This document shows, in pieces, positions 23,151 through 36,704 of a stretch of DNA of 64,000 nt (position 1 is the first letter of the stretch; each line of letters begins with the position of its first letter). A program made the translations under genes and the position numbers. The stretch lies in assembly GCF_036971445.1 (NCBI RefSeq), contig NC_091480.1, positions 92,504,001 through 92,568,000 of the forward strand, in the 5' to 3' direction. The notes beneath the pieces were generated by a model. It was not told the DNA's origin and searched no databases. It saw only the letters and a list, made by a program, of their open reading frames with translations. The DNA comes from Narcine bancroftii. Lineage: Eukaryota.

Positions 23151-23879
23151 GTTGAAGTAGACTTTCATGTTTTAGCCGCCCCCACCTTACCCTATTGTTA
23201 ACCGGTTCTTAGTAAAATGCCATCTCCCATTACTCCGTCCATTTTACCAATTGACAAATTATCCTAGAGCCATCGATGATCCTCCTCAATACTGATTTTC
23301 ATGTCATCTGAAAACTGGCTGCAAAAGAACACAAATTGAGAGGCAAAACCTAACTTTGTTGATGAAGAAAAGTGTCTGTTCAAACAAGCCAAGGCAGCTG
23401 AGCCAAATTAAACTCTTCTGGAATTTAAAAGATTAAGGATTTTTTTCACTCCAGGTTGCCAAAGTATTAAACAGGCAACTGATGGGCTCGATAAGAAGGA
23501 AGTGTTCATTTGCATTGTGGAATACAAGATTGGTGCTACAGCCAAAACTTTCAGGTTAGTCCTTCAAGGAGAAGGAAACCCTTGTATGTGCAAAGGGCAA
23601 TGGAAGTTCAAAATTTTCTTCTTAATAGCAGTTAATACTGTGCCAAATGTTCATTGCGATTGATGGCTTTATGTTAATCAGCAGATGAAGGGATGTGGGC
23701 CAAAGCTGGAGTTAAGTCATAAATGGCCTTTAACCCTAATGAATGTTGTTGGAACATTTAAAAAAAAAACTAAATGACTTACTCCTGCCCACCACAGCCA
23801 CCACTTCATCCCACTCCCAACCCCAGGGTGCCATGAAAAGCCAGTTAATCTGACATTTCATCAATTAGCATTGTAGTCA

Positions 23880-24110
23880 AAACACAGGAATGCTGGAGGC
23901 TGGAAGATTGCATCATTGAGCACCTCGGTTCTGCCTGGCCCAATTTCAATGGCCACCCATTTCAATTCCTTGCCCCATTCCCTTGCTGACATGTCTCATA
24001 CACTGCCCGATGGAGACCATCCGCAAATTGGAAAAACAACACCTCATCTTCCGTCTGGGCAGCCTCCAAGCAAGTGGAATTAACATTGACCTCCAGGTTT
24101 TGTTAGAACC
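23880..24110 (+). mobile_element. Penelope-like GIY-YIG endonuclease fragment
   Basis: ATHFNSLPHSLADMS and RKLEKQHLIFRLGSLQASGINID motifs. Confidence 0.8.
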
Positions 24111-24129
24111 TCACAGTTGATGGCTATTA

Positions 24130-24950
24130 GCCACATTGCTGCATTAATGTTTTGTGGCTCCCAGACAGGTGGACATTACCACACTACCTTTCCTTTGGGG
24201 ACAAGTTTTTCCAGACAAATACCTTTGACCAGAAGTCCATCTGGCCTGCACACACTGACGGACAACTTGCTTTATAGGAGATATTTCTGTCACATAGGAA
24301 GAATCTGAACAGGAAGGACAAGAACTCGATGGACATTGTAGGGTGGTTCCATGAGCAGACAGTCCAGGTCATCTGGTGGAATGCCTCATTGCATTAATAA
24401 GGATTAATAAGCACCAGGACTTGGTCTGGCCAGCAGTGTGAGCAGACCTCCTGGTCAGATTCTTTCTATATGGCAGAAATATCACCTATAATGCATGTTG
24501 CCCCGGGATGACTGCAGTAGAGTGGGTTTTTGCAGAATGTGGATTTGCTAAGAGAGTGTGGCAAAGGATCCAAGGGTCCTTGCCACGGTTCATTCCTAGC
24601 CCTGATTTGTAGGATGTTCCTGGAGATGGGTGCAAGGCTGCTGAAAGATGCCCTTTGGTCTGCCCAGAAGTGAAATGTCGCTGAGGGAATGCGGCTAACT
24701 GACATATTCCAGACTGCAGGAGTACGTGCTGAAAAATGCCCTGAGAGATGAGGGCGTTATGTGGAAGGACCACAGTCTAGAGCCCTTCTCTTCTGGGCAT
24801 TGAGGGGCTGAGACTGAGGGGGAAGTACCTCACACAAAAGGGGAGACTATCTACCAATGCTACAATAATGGAGAACAAATGTAACAATGTACAGTGATGG
24901 AAATGCATGGATGTGAAAGGACTTCCTTTTGTAAATGATTTTGTGGATTC
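24130..24950 (+). mobile_element. Tx1-clade LINE 3' fragment (degraded)
   Basis: WWNASL...NKHQDLVW, then CPR..C...EC..A..VW zinc-knuckle-like region typical of the Tx1/L1 ORF2 C-terminus. Confidence 0.6.
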
Positions 24951-26964
24951 CGGTTCATTCAGTGGACCTCACAATGTGATGATACCCAAACTTATGTCCC
25001 GGTCAGACTATTTTATCTGCAGATTTGGGAGCTATCTGCATAATGCCTCACAAAGATGCTCTCTCTCCAAAGGCAGGCAGAGAGACTGACCTCGTGTTTC
25101 ACAGCTTGCCTTTGTTCAGTCTACACATGGGTCGGGTTACATTTGGCCCAATCAAAAGTTTACACAATACATTCTTACCCAATGCAATTGCTTCTTACGT
25201 ACACATTCGATTGCTACATAAGATTGACAGCCTCTTATTAAAGATTGCTCAAGTTGATTGGTTCAAAGTAAAATTCCTATAGTCATCATGCTAATTGGTT
25301 CCTTTTGAATTGCAACACCTGCCTTACTGGAATGCTGCAAAGTCTAACTCTGTGTTCTTACTTGCTGTTAACCCCTTCCTTCCTCAATTTATTGTGACCA
25401 ACATTTATTTTTGGAAAAAAGTCCATAGTTCCCAATGCACTTCTGGTATGATCAACACAGCCCTTTGAAAGGCACGTTGGTTCATGAATGGTGAGAAGAT
25501 GGCATGTGGTGAGAACCAAGGTGCTCCCACAGCTGACCTGACCAACCCTCTGAAAACCTGGGTGTAAAGCAACCTCCTTACATCCAATTGGTAAGGTTTC
25601 GACTACCATTTGCACTCTGTCAAACAAAATAATTATTTGCACCAAGACTATGAAAACTTGAGTGTCACAAAATTAGGTTTGGAATAAACAGAAGCAGTTG
25701 TAACATGTGAGTAGACTTTGGCTCATTTACATTTCCCTAATTTTACCGGGGTAATAAAAGTGGGCTTCCTGCCCTCTTGGAGAGGCAAATCACAAAGCAG
25801 CAATTGGCTTTTGACACACAAAGGATTTAAAGTGAAATCAGCAATTCAGATGGTGAGGAAATACCTTCATTGGGTTGACATCGATCCACGTTTCAACTAA
25901 TGGAGATTGACGATAAGGCATGATCCCGCTAATTGTTGATAAAATGCATTTGATGCTTATTGTCTCACTCCTTCGCCTTGAATATCATCTTGGACCAAAG
26001 GAACAATTAGCATCTTTTGTTTCATTTAAACTCAAAATATTAACTTTTGCTAATGGATCTAAATTTATCTTTCCCCACATAGGACGTCGCAATCTACAAA
26101 TGTGTATAAAGATGAAAGGGACATTGAAATTATTTTAATCTAACCTGCTCAGCAGGTTCAAAGCAAACATCCTATTTACAGTGAGTCTCATTGCTAATGG
26201 TTTGGACTGAAGGCTGTAAGGCTGCAGGAGTATTGGAGGCAAATCCATCTGACTCTGGGGGGGGGGGGGGGGGGGACACAACTCTTTTGCTTCTCTTTCC
26301 CTGTTTATAACGGGCACCAGGCAATTTCTACTGATAACAAATCTTTGGCTTACAGAAGACCAAAGGAAATTTTGAGTCATTTCTATTTTATTACACGAGA
26401 AGAAAAGGATCTTGAATCCTAAGTTATTGTGATCTTAATGTGACAAAAATACAGGAGACCTAATAAAAGATATTCTAATACAAGAAATCAAAGGACGTTA
26501 TCAACTGGACAGACTGAACTGTAACTCCTTTTTTTTCTTACATATATATATTTCTTCAATCTTGTTTCAATTTCAAATGTTCTTTCAGAGTCAAATGAGT
26601 CTCCTGTAAACATGCAACATCCACCTTCATCTTAATGTAATCCAGTATTCATTTCAGTTTAATCGGAGGATTAAGCCCTTTAACATTAAATGTCACTAAA
26701 TTCATATTATTCCCTTTAGAGTGGCTGCAACACCTTTCTCGAGTCAAGGTACGAAACTGAATGGTAGCAAATATTCAGGGTTATGAATGAGTTCCCTTGA
26801 GTGATCATGGAGAGTTTTTTTTAACTGCATAATGATATTACAAACTCATGCTGAATCCTGACAATGAATTCAAAAGAGCTTGAACTCAAAAGAAGGATAC
26901 CTGAATATGGCAGAGGAATTCATGCCTGTCGAAGGGGAAAGAAACACTGAGAGGGAGAACAACT

Positions 26965-27277
26965 GCTGCTGAGGCCACTCACACAACCGACTCATCTCCA
27001 CCTCACTGCCTTTTCCCCATGTCCCTTAATTCCCCTACTTTCTAAAAATCTATCCAACCTTGTCTTAAATGTATTTGCTGAGGTTGCTTCTATTGCTTCA
27101 CAGATTCAACACCCTCTTGGAAAAGCAGTTCCTCATCATCTCCATCTTAAATCTACTACCCCCGAGGTAATGCTCCTAGTTCTAGTCTTCCCCACCTTGC
27201 CTACCTCTATCTTATTTATGCCTTTTATAATTGAATACATTTCTATAAGATCCCCTTTCATTCTTCTGAATTCCAGT
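26965..27277 (-). mobile_element. CR1 LINE 3' fragment
   Basis: Minus strand: LEFRRM.GDLIE.Y and 3' UTR. Confidence 0.75.
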
Positions 27278-27440
27278 GAGTAAAGGGGTTGTTAGGTTAA
27301 GTAAGTCAATAGAGATAAGTTCAAGTTTGATTCTATTTTCATGTTTAAAGATAATTAAAAGCAACCTTTGTTTAAGTAACCATTTGTCTTGGTGAATATC
27401 TATTGCTGCTGGGTTTTGGGGTCCTCTGGGCTCATAACAA
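27278..27440 (+). mobile_element. 3' fragment of the LTR family found at 30181-31192
   Basis: ttttcatgtttaaagataattaaaagcaac...tattgctgctgggttttgggg...aaca matches 31040-31192. Confidence 0.8.
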
Positions 27441-27589
27441 GACACTCAAAGGGCTTGGTGTCTTTCCAGATATTGTTCCACTGGTCTAAGTGGTCTTAGG
27501 GAAGAGAATCCCATGACTACAGTCATGTATTATACCCACATTAAGTAATTTAGCATAATTGCCCTTCACTGGAACACTAACCCCAGTCA

Positions 27590-27960
27590 CTTTGTGGGGT
27601 GATTGCTGCATAGTTGAACATGCAAGTGGTTCAAGATTTCACCCACAGAAACACTGAACCTTTTACAAAAATGGCAGTAAAACTCTCATTGGGTTTGTCA
27701 GGGAGGTCAGACCTTACAGAGACTCAGCTGAGATGCTGACTGTATTTTGGGACTTAGTAAATTGAACAAGAGAGGGTGAGACTTAATACAATGCAAGGCT
27801 GAAGAGTAGCTCACTGATATTCAGAGAAAGGCTGGCAAATGGACAAAAGGAATGTGGGAATATGTGAAATTAACTTCCAAGGAGATGAACTCAACAGATG
27901 AGATAAAAAAGCCAAATGGGCTTTTGGTTTGATAAAATTCTCTTTCTGAGGTTTCTGCAT
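27590..27960 (+). mobile_element. Degraded CR1 LINE fragment
   Basis: Remnant motifs (LIGFV.R, L..LIQCK.EE..TD, W..KWT..M). Confidence 0.4.
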
Positions 27961-29084
27961 GGGACAGGAACAGGAAATATGTAAGAGAAGGTGGCTGAAA
28001 ATCTATTTCTGCCCTCATTGAGTTAGATGTGCTTATGAAGCACATAACACTATCTGTGGTTTATTAGCTGCATAATTCCTTTATCTCTGCAGTGCACATT
28101 GCTAAGTCATAAGGGCCTTGTGGAGGAGTCCACCAGCACCATGAAGGCAATGATGTACATACTGTAGTCGACATGCCCTTGAGCTGGCTTCTTGTCTTGT
28201 GTGGGATTTTGGAACTTTAAGCTAATTCTTGCACAAACATTCAAACTGCGGCTCTGGGTACAATCTGCATTTATCACTTTAGCCATTTGTTAAGCGGTTC
28301 ATTCTCACTGCTCCCAGCATGCCTAGATGGAGGTTCTGTCAGCAGTTTAATTGCTGACACCACAATGAGCTGTGCAGTGAAGAGTATTAAAAACCATGAT
28401 GTATTTGTACTGGACCGACGGTTGAGATGGCAGAGGATTTTTAGGAAGTGACCGGATCTCCCCGCAGCTGGGAGCTGCTCTGCAGCCAACCCATTGTTTC
28501 CACAATTACTTCCATTGTAGACTAAAAAAGCAACGGAAGTAAAAATACAAAAGTCTGCAGACACCGTGGTTGAAGTAAAAATACAATGCTGGAGAGAAAG
28601 TAGCAGAAATTAGTTCAGAGTCAGGCTTGATATACTAAATGATACATTTATTTGCTGAAAGAAAACAAATTGAAATTCTATATTACATTAAATTTTGTTA
28701 TTTGTAGAAGTATACAGGTAAAAAAGGCTAAGATTGCAAATGCCAGATCAAGGATTGCATTATCGAGGGCTGGACATAATTTTTAATTGCAGTATCTATT
28801 TCCATATTCACTCCAGTAATGCAAAAATATTTTTGTGCATTAGAATTGTTGAAATTCAAATTTATTGCCATATTCAACATGATGCTGTGTTAGAGGGTGT
28901 TATGCGAGCAGGCCAGTTAGACTTCTCTTACATAGCACAGACCTATTGCTCCTGCACCTACTTTCTATGTTGGTATGGAACAAAGATAAAAATTCTACGA
29001 TTTTCATTCAACCAAGAAAATGTTCTTGAATTTTGTAATGCACGTTCTCGTACACGTGTATCTTAATGATGACTTGGGGCGGGG

Positions 29085-29270
29085 ATGGTGTTTGAAGAGT
29101 GTGTGACTGGTGTGGGAAGAATCTTTAAATATGTTGGCTGCCTTTCATAGCAGAGGGAGTTATAGATGGAGTCGATGAAGGGGTGAGGGTTTGGGTGATG
29201 GCCTGAGCTGTGTTCACAGCTCTCTGCAGTTTCTTGCGGTCTTTGATGGAGCAGTTCCCATACCAGTGCA
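29085..29270 (-). mobile_element. Rex1/Babar-like LINE fragment
   Basis: WYGNCSIKDRKKLQRAVNTAQAI on minus strand. Confidence 0.75.
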
Positions 29271-30180
29271 ATTTTTAAATTGTTCCCTGTCTGTGGAGTG
29301 TCCATTCATAAACTGACTGACCAGTGACAGTGGGAGTGGAGACTGAGGACTTCTCTCACCTTGAATATTATGACATTGTTGCCATTGGAGGAGACTTTTC
29401 AGTTCACAATGTGATTCATTATAAGAAAGAATGGAAACAAATGATCACCACAGGAGCTATCACAATTATATTACAATTGAAACAGCCTTGCATTTTCTCT
29501 ACTGTTATACCAGCCTAATCTGTGTTATCACAAATACATTTCCAATGGTTTGAAACAGGCCAGAAAACTAGAGGAGTAAATAGGTTTCACAGCATCTATG
29601 GCTTACTATTGATTGAAGTTTTCCTTGCAATCAATCACACCAGCGTTCACTGCAGTCTTAACCTATTACCTACTTAGCAGTGATAAACCATGCAATAACT
29701 CCAAACCCTAACTCAATTCTTACCTAGTTCGTTGAAAAGGCAATTGTTATTCATCAAACTTTTTTTTGAAAATTTTATTGATCATTTGCATCAATACAAA
29801 AAAAGATTCAATAATGCAGTAATTATTTAAGTCATACAAAAGATACAAAAAAAATTATTTTTCTCCCCAACATTTCTTCCCCAAAACATTTATTTATCCT
29901 CGATGAATCCATTTTCATTATCATTTTGTTTTTGTTGGCATTCCTTTAAATTCCTAGGCTGACTAAAAACCAGATTTCCAATGCATTGGTGACTTGAAAT
30001 GTCAATTACAGGGATGTGTTTCATATTCCTCTCAAACTGCATGGGGCCTCGAACCAAACATAGCAGGGATCTATGATTGGCACAGCTTGTGCACTCTGTT
30101 TTCACATAATAGCACCAAGAATTGATCAGGGTCATTACAGGGCAGAGGTGAAAATAATGAGAAAAGTGCAAATATCACTG

Positions 30181-31192
30181 TGTGACAGATTATGATAGAT
30201 TTATATTGTATATAGATATGTTTTAAAGGAGTTAAATTGTGGCAGGTTTTTTTTTAAGTTTAGGTCACGTACAGATTTCATTTAAAATGCCAGAGCTCTG
30301 CTCAAGCCAGACAGTCCAGACTCCGGGTGCCTTTGCACAATGCCTATAAGGACTTCACAAGTCGGTGTTAATTGGACCTTCTGTGCAGTAATGGATTATT
30401 GTTTTGGAAAGCAACAGATGAATGAACTTGGAAGATTAGGTCTGGAGCCCCAGCCTGTCTGAGTGCAGTTCTAAAAGGGACATGTGGTTTTGAGAGAAGA
30501 GAGAGAATTCAGTTCTACAATTCAGCAGCAGGGACTGGAACATGACAAGCTGGCAAGCTTGTGGAAAACTCCATTTTGAAGACAGGTTATGAGTTCTTAA
30601 TTCAGCCTGGTCAAAGCCATTGTGGTCCATGCAAGAGGAGAGGATTGGCTGTATAATGTTTCACTTGAAATAATGGAAAAAAAAAAGAACTCTGTGGTGA
30701 CCTGAAAGAAAGAGGTTATCATCTGGAAAACCCTGATGGGGCAAGTTTCTTCGGCAAGACACTGAAGTGGCTGATCAGAAGGAATCAGTTGTAGGTGTCC
30801 AATGAGAAACAAATCTCTCTCTGCAAACTGACAAGAACCTTCCTGAGCGGTAACCATTTACCTTTCAAGCACCAAAGCTTGGTGAAAATTCATAAATGTT
30901 AAATTCTGTGCACAGTATAAGAATTGCCTGATACCAGTGAACTTGGAGGAGTGAGAAGTGAGATTGGACTGTGAATCAAAGAACTTTTTTCTGAACATAT
31001 ACACATTACATCCACGTATGCTTAGAGATAGAAGGGGGGGGGGTTAAGTTAGGTTAAGTTCATAGTAATAAGTTAGAGTTTGATCCTGTTTTCATGTTTA
31101 AAGGTAATTAAAAGCAACTTTTGTTGAAGTAATCATTTGTCTTGGTGAATTTCTATTGCTGCTAGGTTTTGGGGACATCTAGGCTTACAACA
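30181..31192 (+). mobile_element. Probable solo LTR (~1.0 kb)
   Basis: tgtgaca...aaca termini, attaaa near the 3' end, second partial copy at 27278-27440; no clean TSD. Confidence 0.65.
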
Positions 31193-33029
31193 TTTGTTAG
31201 ATTTAACCCAACAATCATGTGAATTGTGCATGGGTCATTCAATTATTCGAGGAAACGAGTGCACCTTAATCAAAAAAGTATTTAACAGCAAAGAAAATGA
31301 ATAGATGTTGAAAGTCAAGTATTCCCCACAATTTGGTCCAAAGAGGGGCATGTTCTGAGTTCACTCTGAGGTAAAATGACTGTGACAATTGTGTTGAGTG
31401 TTCCCACAAATTCATGGTAAATGACAAGGCTAAAAAATAATGAGCCACCTGCTCCACTTAAAATCTTCAGTGTGAGGTCTCATAGATGGATTGGTATTTA
31501 ATACGACTCTAATTGATAGCACATGACATAGGGCCATGAGATCTGGGATTAGGAGTGGTTGAAAGCAATTGGTGGGAGGAGAGTCCATAGATTCAGGGAT
31601 CTGGAAGCAAAAGATGTACATAAATTTCTAAAGTACCATTCCAAAAAACAAGGATGTTTTCTATTAATCTCACCAATGTTTAACAATGAAGCATAATCAA
31701 TAGAAACATTGCTTTATCATTGGACAGCTTTACATGGAGACACTGCAGAGCATGAATTGATTTAGAAAATATTTAATTGTTAAGGAAGTGCTTGAAGGTC
31801 ACGAAAGACATTGCCCAAATTCAAATCTTTCCTTCTTTCCAAGCTGTGTGAGATTATAGATCATTCCTGTTATCACTGAATGTATCCCTAAGATTATTAG
31901 CTGGTTATTAAGATCTGAAATGTGCTGAACTCCCCTAGCTTCTAGAGAGCCACACTCAGAACTCATCAATTAACGCTAGCGTTTTAGCTGTAAACCAGAA
32001 AGAAACAATAGAACCTGTTTACGGGCAATTTATACATCTTTATAAATGTCACTTGCTGAAAGAAAACAGTGCTGTTTTAAATCAAGACCCCTTTCTCATC
32101 AACTCCTACCACTGAGTGCCCCATAAATTATACCTTCCGACCAAGTGAAAACAGGGCAGAGAAAGAAAAGCTTTATTTTATTCACAGAACATTTTAAGTT
32201 AGTATTAAAATGAATATTGGGAAATTATAAAAGTGCATACACTCTATGGATGTTCGGATACAGACATTGCAACCAAAATTTGCTTTCTTCATGAATCATT
32301 TTGAACACCCTATTTCACAGCAGTGAAAATCGGATGATCGAATAATGTTTCCAACTTTGCTCATTTTAGTCAGACAGTTTATTTATTTAGAGCTAACAAA
32401 TTAAATTACCTGATGTCCCAAGCTCTGAATTAATTCCAGACAATTAGTCTTTTTTTTAAAAAAATGGATGTGGAGATCACACCATCAAAACGAGATCCCT
32501 GCTGCTGTCACTTTAGTCATTCAAGAAGAGGTAAATGAATCACTTATTTCTCTGGAATTTGGAATGACTTGAATTTCCTAGCCATGATGTCCTGTTTTCA
32601 TTCAGTAAACAATTGCACAGATTCTGTTCAGTGGCATTTAATGTTCTGAAAGACAGGTACAAAGGGATTGCAGCCTGTTAACTTGGAGGCATAACGCACA
32701 GGAAAGATCTCAATTAAGATATTATATTGGTCTTGTCGATCTTCCTGTGTATTTCCTTTCAATTTTCATCCTTGCTCTAGTCATCGTGTCAGCTCCTCAT
32801 GAAGTTTCACATTCTGTCTCCGTTGATGGAGACGCTCAGCTTCAATGGTAAAGCACAGTATTCTTCCTGGGATGCAAGCTGTGCAGATACATTTGGTGTG
32901 ATCTTCCCAAGATCTTAAGTAACTGTAGCATTTTTACTTTTGTGATTTAAATCCTCTGCCAATATAATCTTCCCCTTATTAGGGATGATTTGCCGTCCTG
33001 ATCACACAACCACTCGAGTTTATATTGCA

Positions 33030-33252
33030 ATGCACAAATGGACTGGAAAACTCAGCAGGTCACGCAGCACCTGAAAATAAATAAAGGGTAATCTTTCCTC
33101 TCCTATGCCTCCCACCCCCAACTTTTTATTTTGTTTTATATCTTGACGAACCCCAAAATGTTGGTTACCCTTTACTTCCTATGTGACCTGCTGAGCTTTC
33201 CTACCACGTTTTTGTCCCAAATTCAACCCAAAATCTGCAGGCCTTCTTGTTT
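33030..33252. mobile_element. Penelope-derived palindromic short element
   Basis: ctggaaaactcagcaggtca arm and inverted tgacctgctgagctttcc arm. Confidence 0.7.
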
Positions 33253-33764
33253 AATTCCATTCTTCCCGTGGTATGACTGTCAAGGTCTGAAGCTTGGAGT
33301 TCAGTGCCAAATGGTAGGCATTACAAATGCTTACCATTTAATTGGCCCTCAGAGAGTGAAATTTCATAGCAGTTAATTTTATATCAGAACATATGTTTCA
33401 CATACTTTGTAACAATGTGGGTAATGCATTGGATGTAGGAGACCGGTGTGAAATCAATCTTAAAAAATATGGCTAAGGTTTCGTACTAAAATTGCACTTA
33501 TCCTGTGGTGGCCTGCTTAATAAAAAGCATCTGAGAATGGAATGCATGAGTAAGTGTCTTACATAGAGGAAGCAAGGGTCTGCAGAACACACCCGGTCAA
33601 CAGTACTGTAGAAGGATGCTATCTTCTAGATATTCATCCAGACAATAACTGTTCACCAAAAAAAATGAAGTACAATGGCTCAGCTGGTTAATCCAAAGAC
33701 TAGCTTCTACTCAGACTGGTCAAATTAAATCTTCGATTTGTGCATAGTTACTTGATCTTATCTG

Positions 33765-34170
33765 AGATTCAAGAAAGTTATTTCATTGTCATGTAATAAA
33801 GCAGAAAATGTGATATTACACAAAATTTCCTTTAGTCTAACTGAAGATTTGCCATCAGGAGAAATTGCCTGGCGCCCTTTACACTCAGAGAAAGAGAAGC
33901 AAAAGGGAGATCCTCCAGAGTCAGTGAGTGACCATGGAATTGCCTCCAGCGCTCGCGCAGCCTTCAGTCCAAACCATCAGCAACTTGAGCTCCAGATGCA
34001 CACCTGTGACACGATCAGGAAGCCTCCACCACCCTCTCACATCCTGGTTCCGATACCTGGTATCCCTTCAGCCAGTCTCGGGCTGACCGTTGGACCCCAC
34101 GGAGGAGCGCTGGGTCTCCATTCCCTGCTCTCTGCAGGTCTGCATTGGTGGCAGCTACAGCAGCGCCATC
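33765..34170 (-). mobile_element. Internally deleted copy of the 21358-22177 family
   Basis: agattcaag tail, cagagaaagagaagcaaaa block, 5' end agatggcgctgc. Confidence 0.7.
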
Positions 34171-34419
34171 TGGTATTTTTGTGACACAGTGCAACAGTTA
34201 TAAATCCTCCAAGTGATCTCAGAAGAAAAGGGCACAGGGTTCCCAAAGAGGATCCAGGATCCATAGCATTTACTTTAGCAGCTCTGCAGTTGCCACTGAA
34301 TTGGCCTTCTTTTAGTCTGGTGCTTTTAAATTCCAGTGTGGTAAGTTGGAAATTTAACCGAGAAATTGAACAAATGTGGAATCTAAAACAAAGAGTTGTA
34401 TTAGATGCACCAAATGGTA

Positions 34420-34830
34420 CATCACCATTCTAGAAAATTTCTACCGTAGAGAGCATTCTATCTGGTTGCATCACTGTCTGGTATGGAGATGCCAAAGCAG
34501 AGGACAGGAAAAATCTCCAGAGAGTTGTCAACTTGGCCAGAGACATCACAGGCACCAACCTTCACTCTATCAAGGACAGCTACAAGAGGCGGTGCCTTAA
34601 GGAAGCAGCTTCTAGCCTCAAGGACCCCCACCACTCAGGCCATACCCTCTTCACCCTGTTACCATCAGGAAAAGGGTACAGAAGCGTGAAGATGAACACC
34701 CAGTGGCACAAGGACAGCTTCTTTCCCCTCCGCCATCAGATTCCTGAATCAATTACGAGCCACAGACTCTGCCTCACTTTCTCTCATTTCCTTGCATTAT
34801 TGAAAAGTAATTTAAATTTAAAAAAATAAA
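34420..34830 (+). mobile_element. Rex1/Babar-like LINE 3' fragment
   Basis: KDPHHSGHTLFTLLPSGKGYRS...KDSFFP motif. Confidence 0.85.
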
Positions 34831-35149
34831 TATCTTTGTCTCCTGTAAATTCTGAAAAGACCGGCCGAGTTCATCCAGTATTTTGGTGTGTTTTTAATAG
34901 TTCAACCAAGATTTCTATGCGAAGAAGGATAAAAACATTGAGAATAAATAAAATAAATGAAGTGAAGAACCGACACTGCTGTGCAAACTATTCCTATCAG
35001 TCTGGGACGATTAATTTTGCAATTATTGAAGTGATTCCTACACTTTAGTTTTAATTTCTGACCAAAGCAAATGGTTTGGATGATCATTGTGTGGGGAAAG
35101 CTCCAGTAGATGCACAAAGGCTAAAAAGGAAAACATGAATTGGGTTAAT

Positions 35150-35695
35150 CAAGAAAGTCTGCAAATTCTAGGGTTGAGTGTGTAGTGTGGGTCGAAAGAA
35201 CCAAAGGCTTGTTGATCCAAACTAAAAGACTGGAGCAGATCACAAATAGGTCGACCAGTCTAGAATGACCTGGTCTGGCTAGGAGCCATCCTTGAAGACC
35301 TGCCAGTAGGTGTGGCTACACTCTCAGCCAATCACAGTCATCCTACACGACCATCTGTACATAGACACATTGGTGATAGAATCTGTACTATCACAGAGTG
35401 CAATACAGAAATGTGCTGGAGAGGTCAAACAGTGTATCTTTACGTGGCAGATAACATAACCAATGTTTCGAGGGAGGCCCCTGGAAATGTATCCTTATCT
35501 TTGCTGTATAAAGTACACCATTTGACCTGCGGAGTTTCTCCTTCATTGTGTTTTTATTTCAACCATGGTTTTTTTAACCAAAGATTCAGGATGTTGGCTA
35601 CCCTTTACTTCCTACGAATGCTGTGTGACCTGTTTGAGTTTCTCCAGCAGATTTCGGTATTGCCCATGAACTGGGACATCGGAAGTCCCTGTTTA
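35150..35695. mobile_element. Penelope-derived palindromic element interrupted by a solo LTR
   Basis: Left arm 35151-35180 + 35401-35470; right arms ttgacctgcggagtttctcc and tgacctgtttgagtttctccagca. Confidence 0.7.
35181..35395 (-). mobile_element. Solo LTR (215 bp)
   Basis: tgtagtg...tcaca termini; 5-bp TSD gagtg at 35176-35180 and 35396-35400; strand inferred from the cactaca end shared with 22770-23001. Confidence 0.85.
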
Positions 35696-35807
35696 CTTTC
35701 CTCCCCAGACAACCTCGTCAGCAATGTACTGTGGAAGGCACCAAGCACCTCTTAACACCCCTAACTGCTAAAATAACAATCCCTCTCTCTCCTGAAGTGC
35801 ACCAACT

Positions 35808-36010
35808 GCACAGTTAGAGAGATGCTGTTACAGCATCAGCGACCCGTGTTTGAATTTCGCATGTTCTTGTACATTTCCTCGTGTGTGCATGGGCTTCCTC
35901 GGGGTTCTCTGACCTCCATGTATGGGGACTTTAGGTTAATTGAGCCTGGGCTCGTGGGATGGAAGGGCCTGTTATCATGCTGTACATCTTTTTAAAAATT
36001 AATTTTAAAA
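35808..36010 (+). mobile_element. V-SINE (degraded)
   Basis: gctgttacagcatcagcgacccg head, V-domain remnant, gggctcgtggg..ggaagggcctgtt tail. Confidence 0.7.
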
Positions 36011-36704
36011 AAGAATGGATGAGTTCAAGATTTGCATATTATGATCGCTTTTCAAACGAACATTCTGCCATTTTATGTAGATGTAGGAAATTCTCTTAAC
36101 TCAAAGTCTATGTTTTAGCTTGGTTGAGTGAGCTATTTATGATTTAGATAGTCATTGTTTTCTAAAACGCTACGGTTTCAGAACCCCATTCCACAACTGC
36201 CACATTAAAAAGCCCCCCAAAATTTCTGATCCTATGTTTATACAGGACTCTTGATGGCCATTGACAGGAGCATTAATGAAGTCTAACAACAAGCTTGTAC
36301 TATTTTACTTTCTTAGAATGCCGAAGATTATGCGGACCGTTGAAACTGTGAGAGTTCTCAGTGCATTCTCACATCCTCCACTTATTTCCCTATGATCCCC
36401 AGATTCTTTAATCGCCTACCTACGTTAGGATAATATTACAGTAGCAACCAAACCTAATAGCATGTCTGGGGTACACCCTTATGTTCACAGGCCCAACATG
36501 TAAACTCCATACATACAGCACCACAGGGTAGCATTGAACTAAGGTTAATTGAGACATCATATGGAAAAACTAACAATGGTTAGTGTGGGCACAACACTAT
36601 TACAGCGCCAGCAATCAGGGTTCGAATCCAGCACGATCTAGGTTTGTACCTTCTCCCACATCTGTGTGGTTTCCTCCTACGATTCCTCTCACATTCCAAA
36701 ATAA

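Noticed and set aside
28274-28521. Possible terminal exon on minus (YNGSNCGNNG...WLK*)
   Set aside because: Acceptor is plausible, but no recognisable homology, no partner exons, and it abuts a Penelope-derived arm
32781-32847. Possible 67-bp plus-strand exon (ctctag ... gtaaag)
   Set aside because: Splice signals fit but the peptides are unrecognisable; such matches occur by chance in 64 kb
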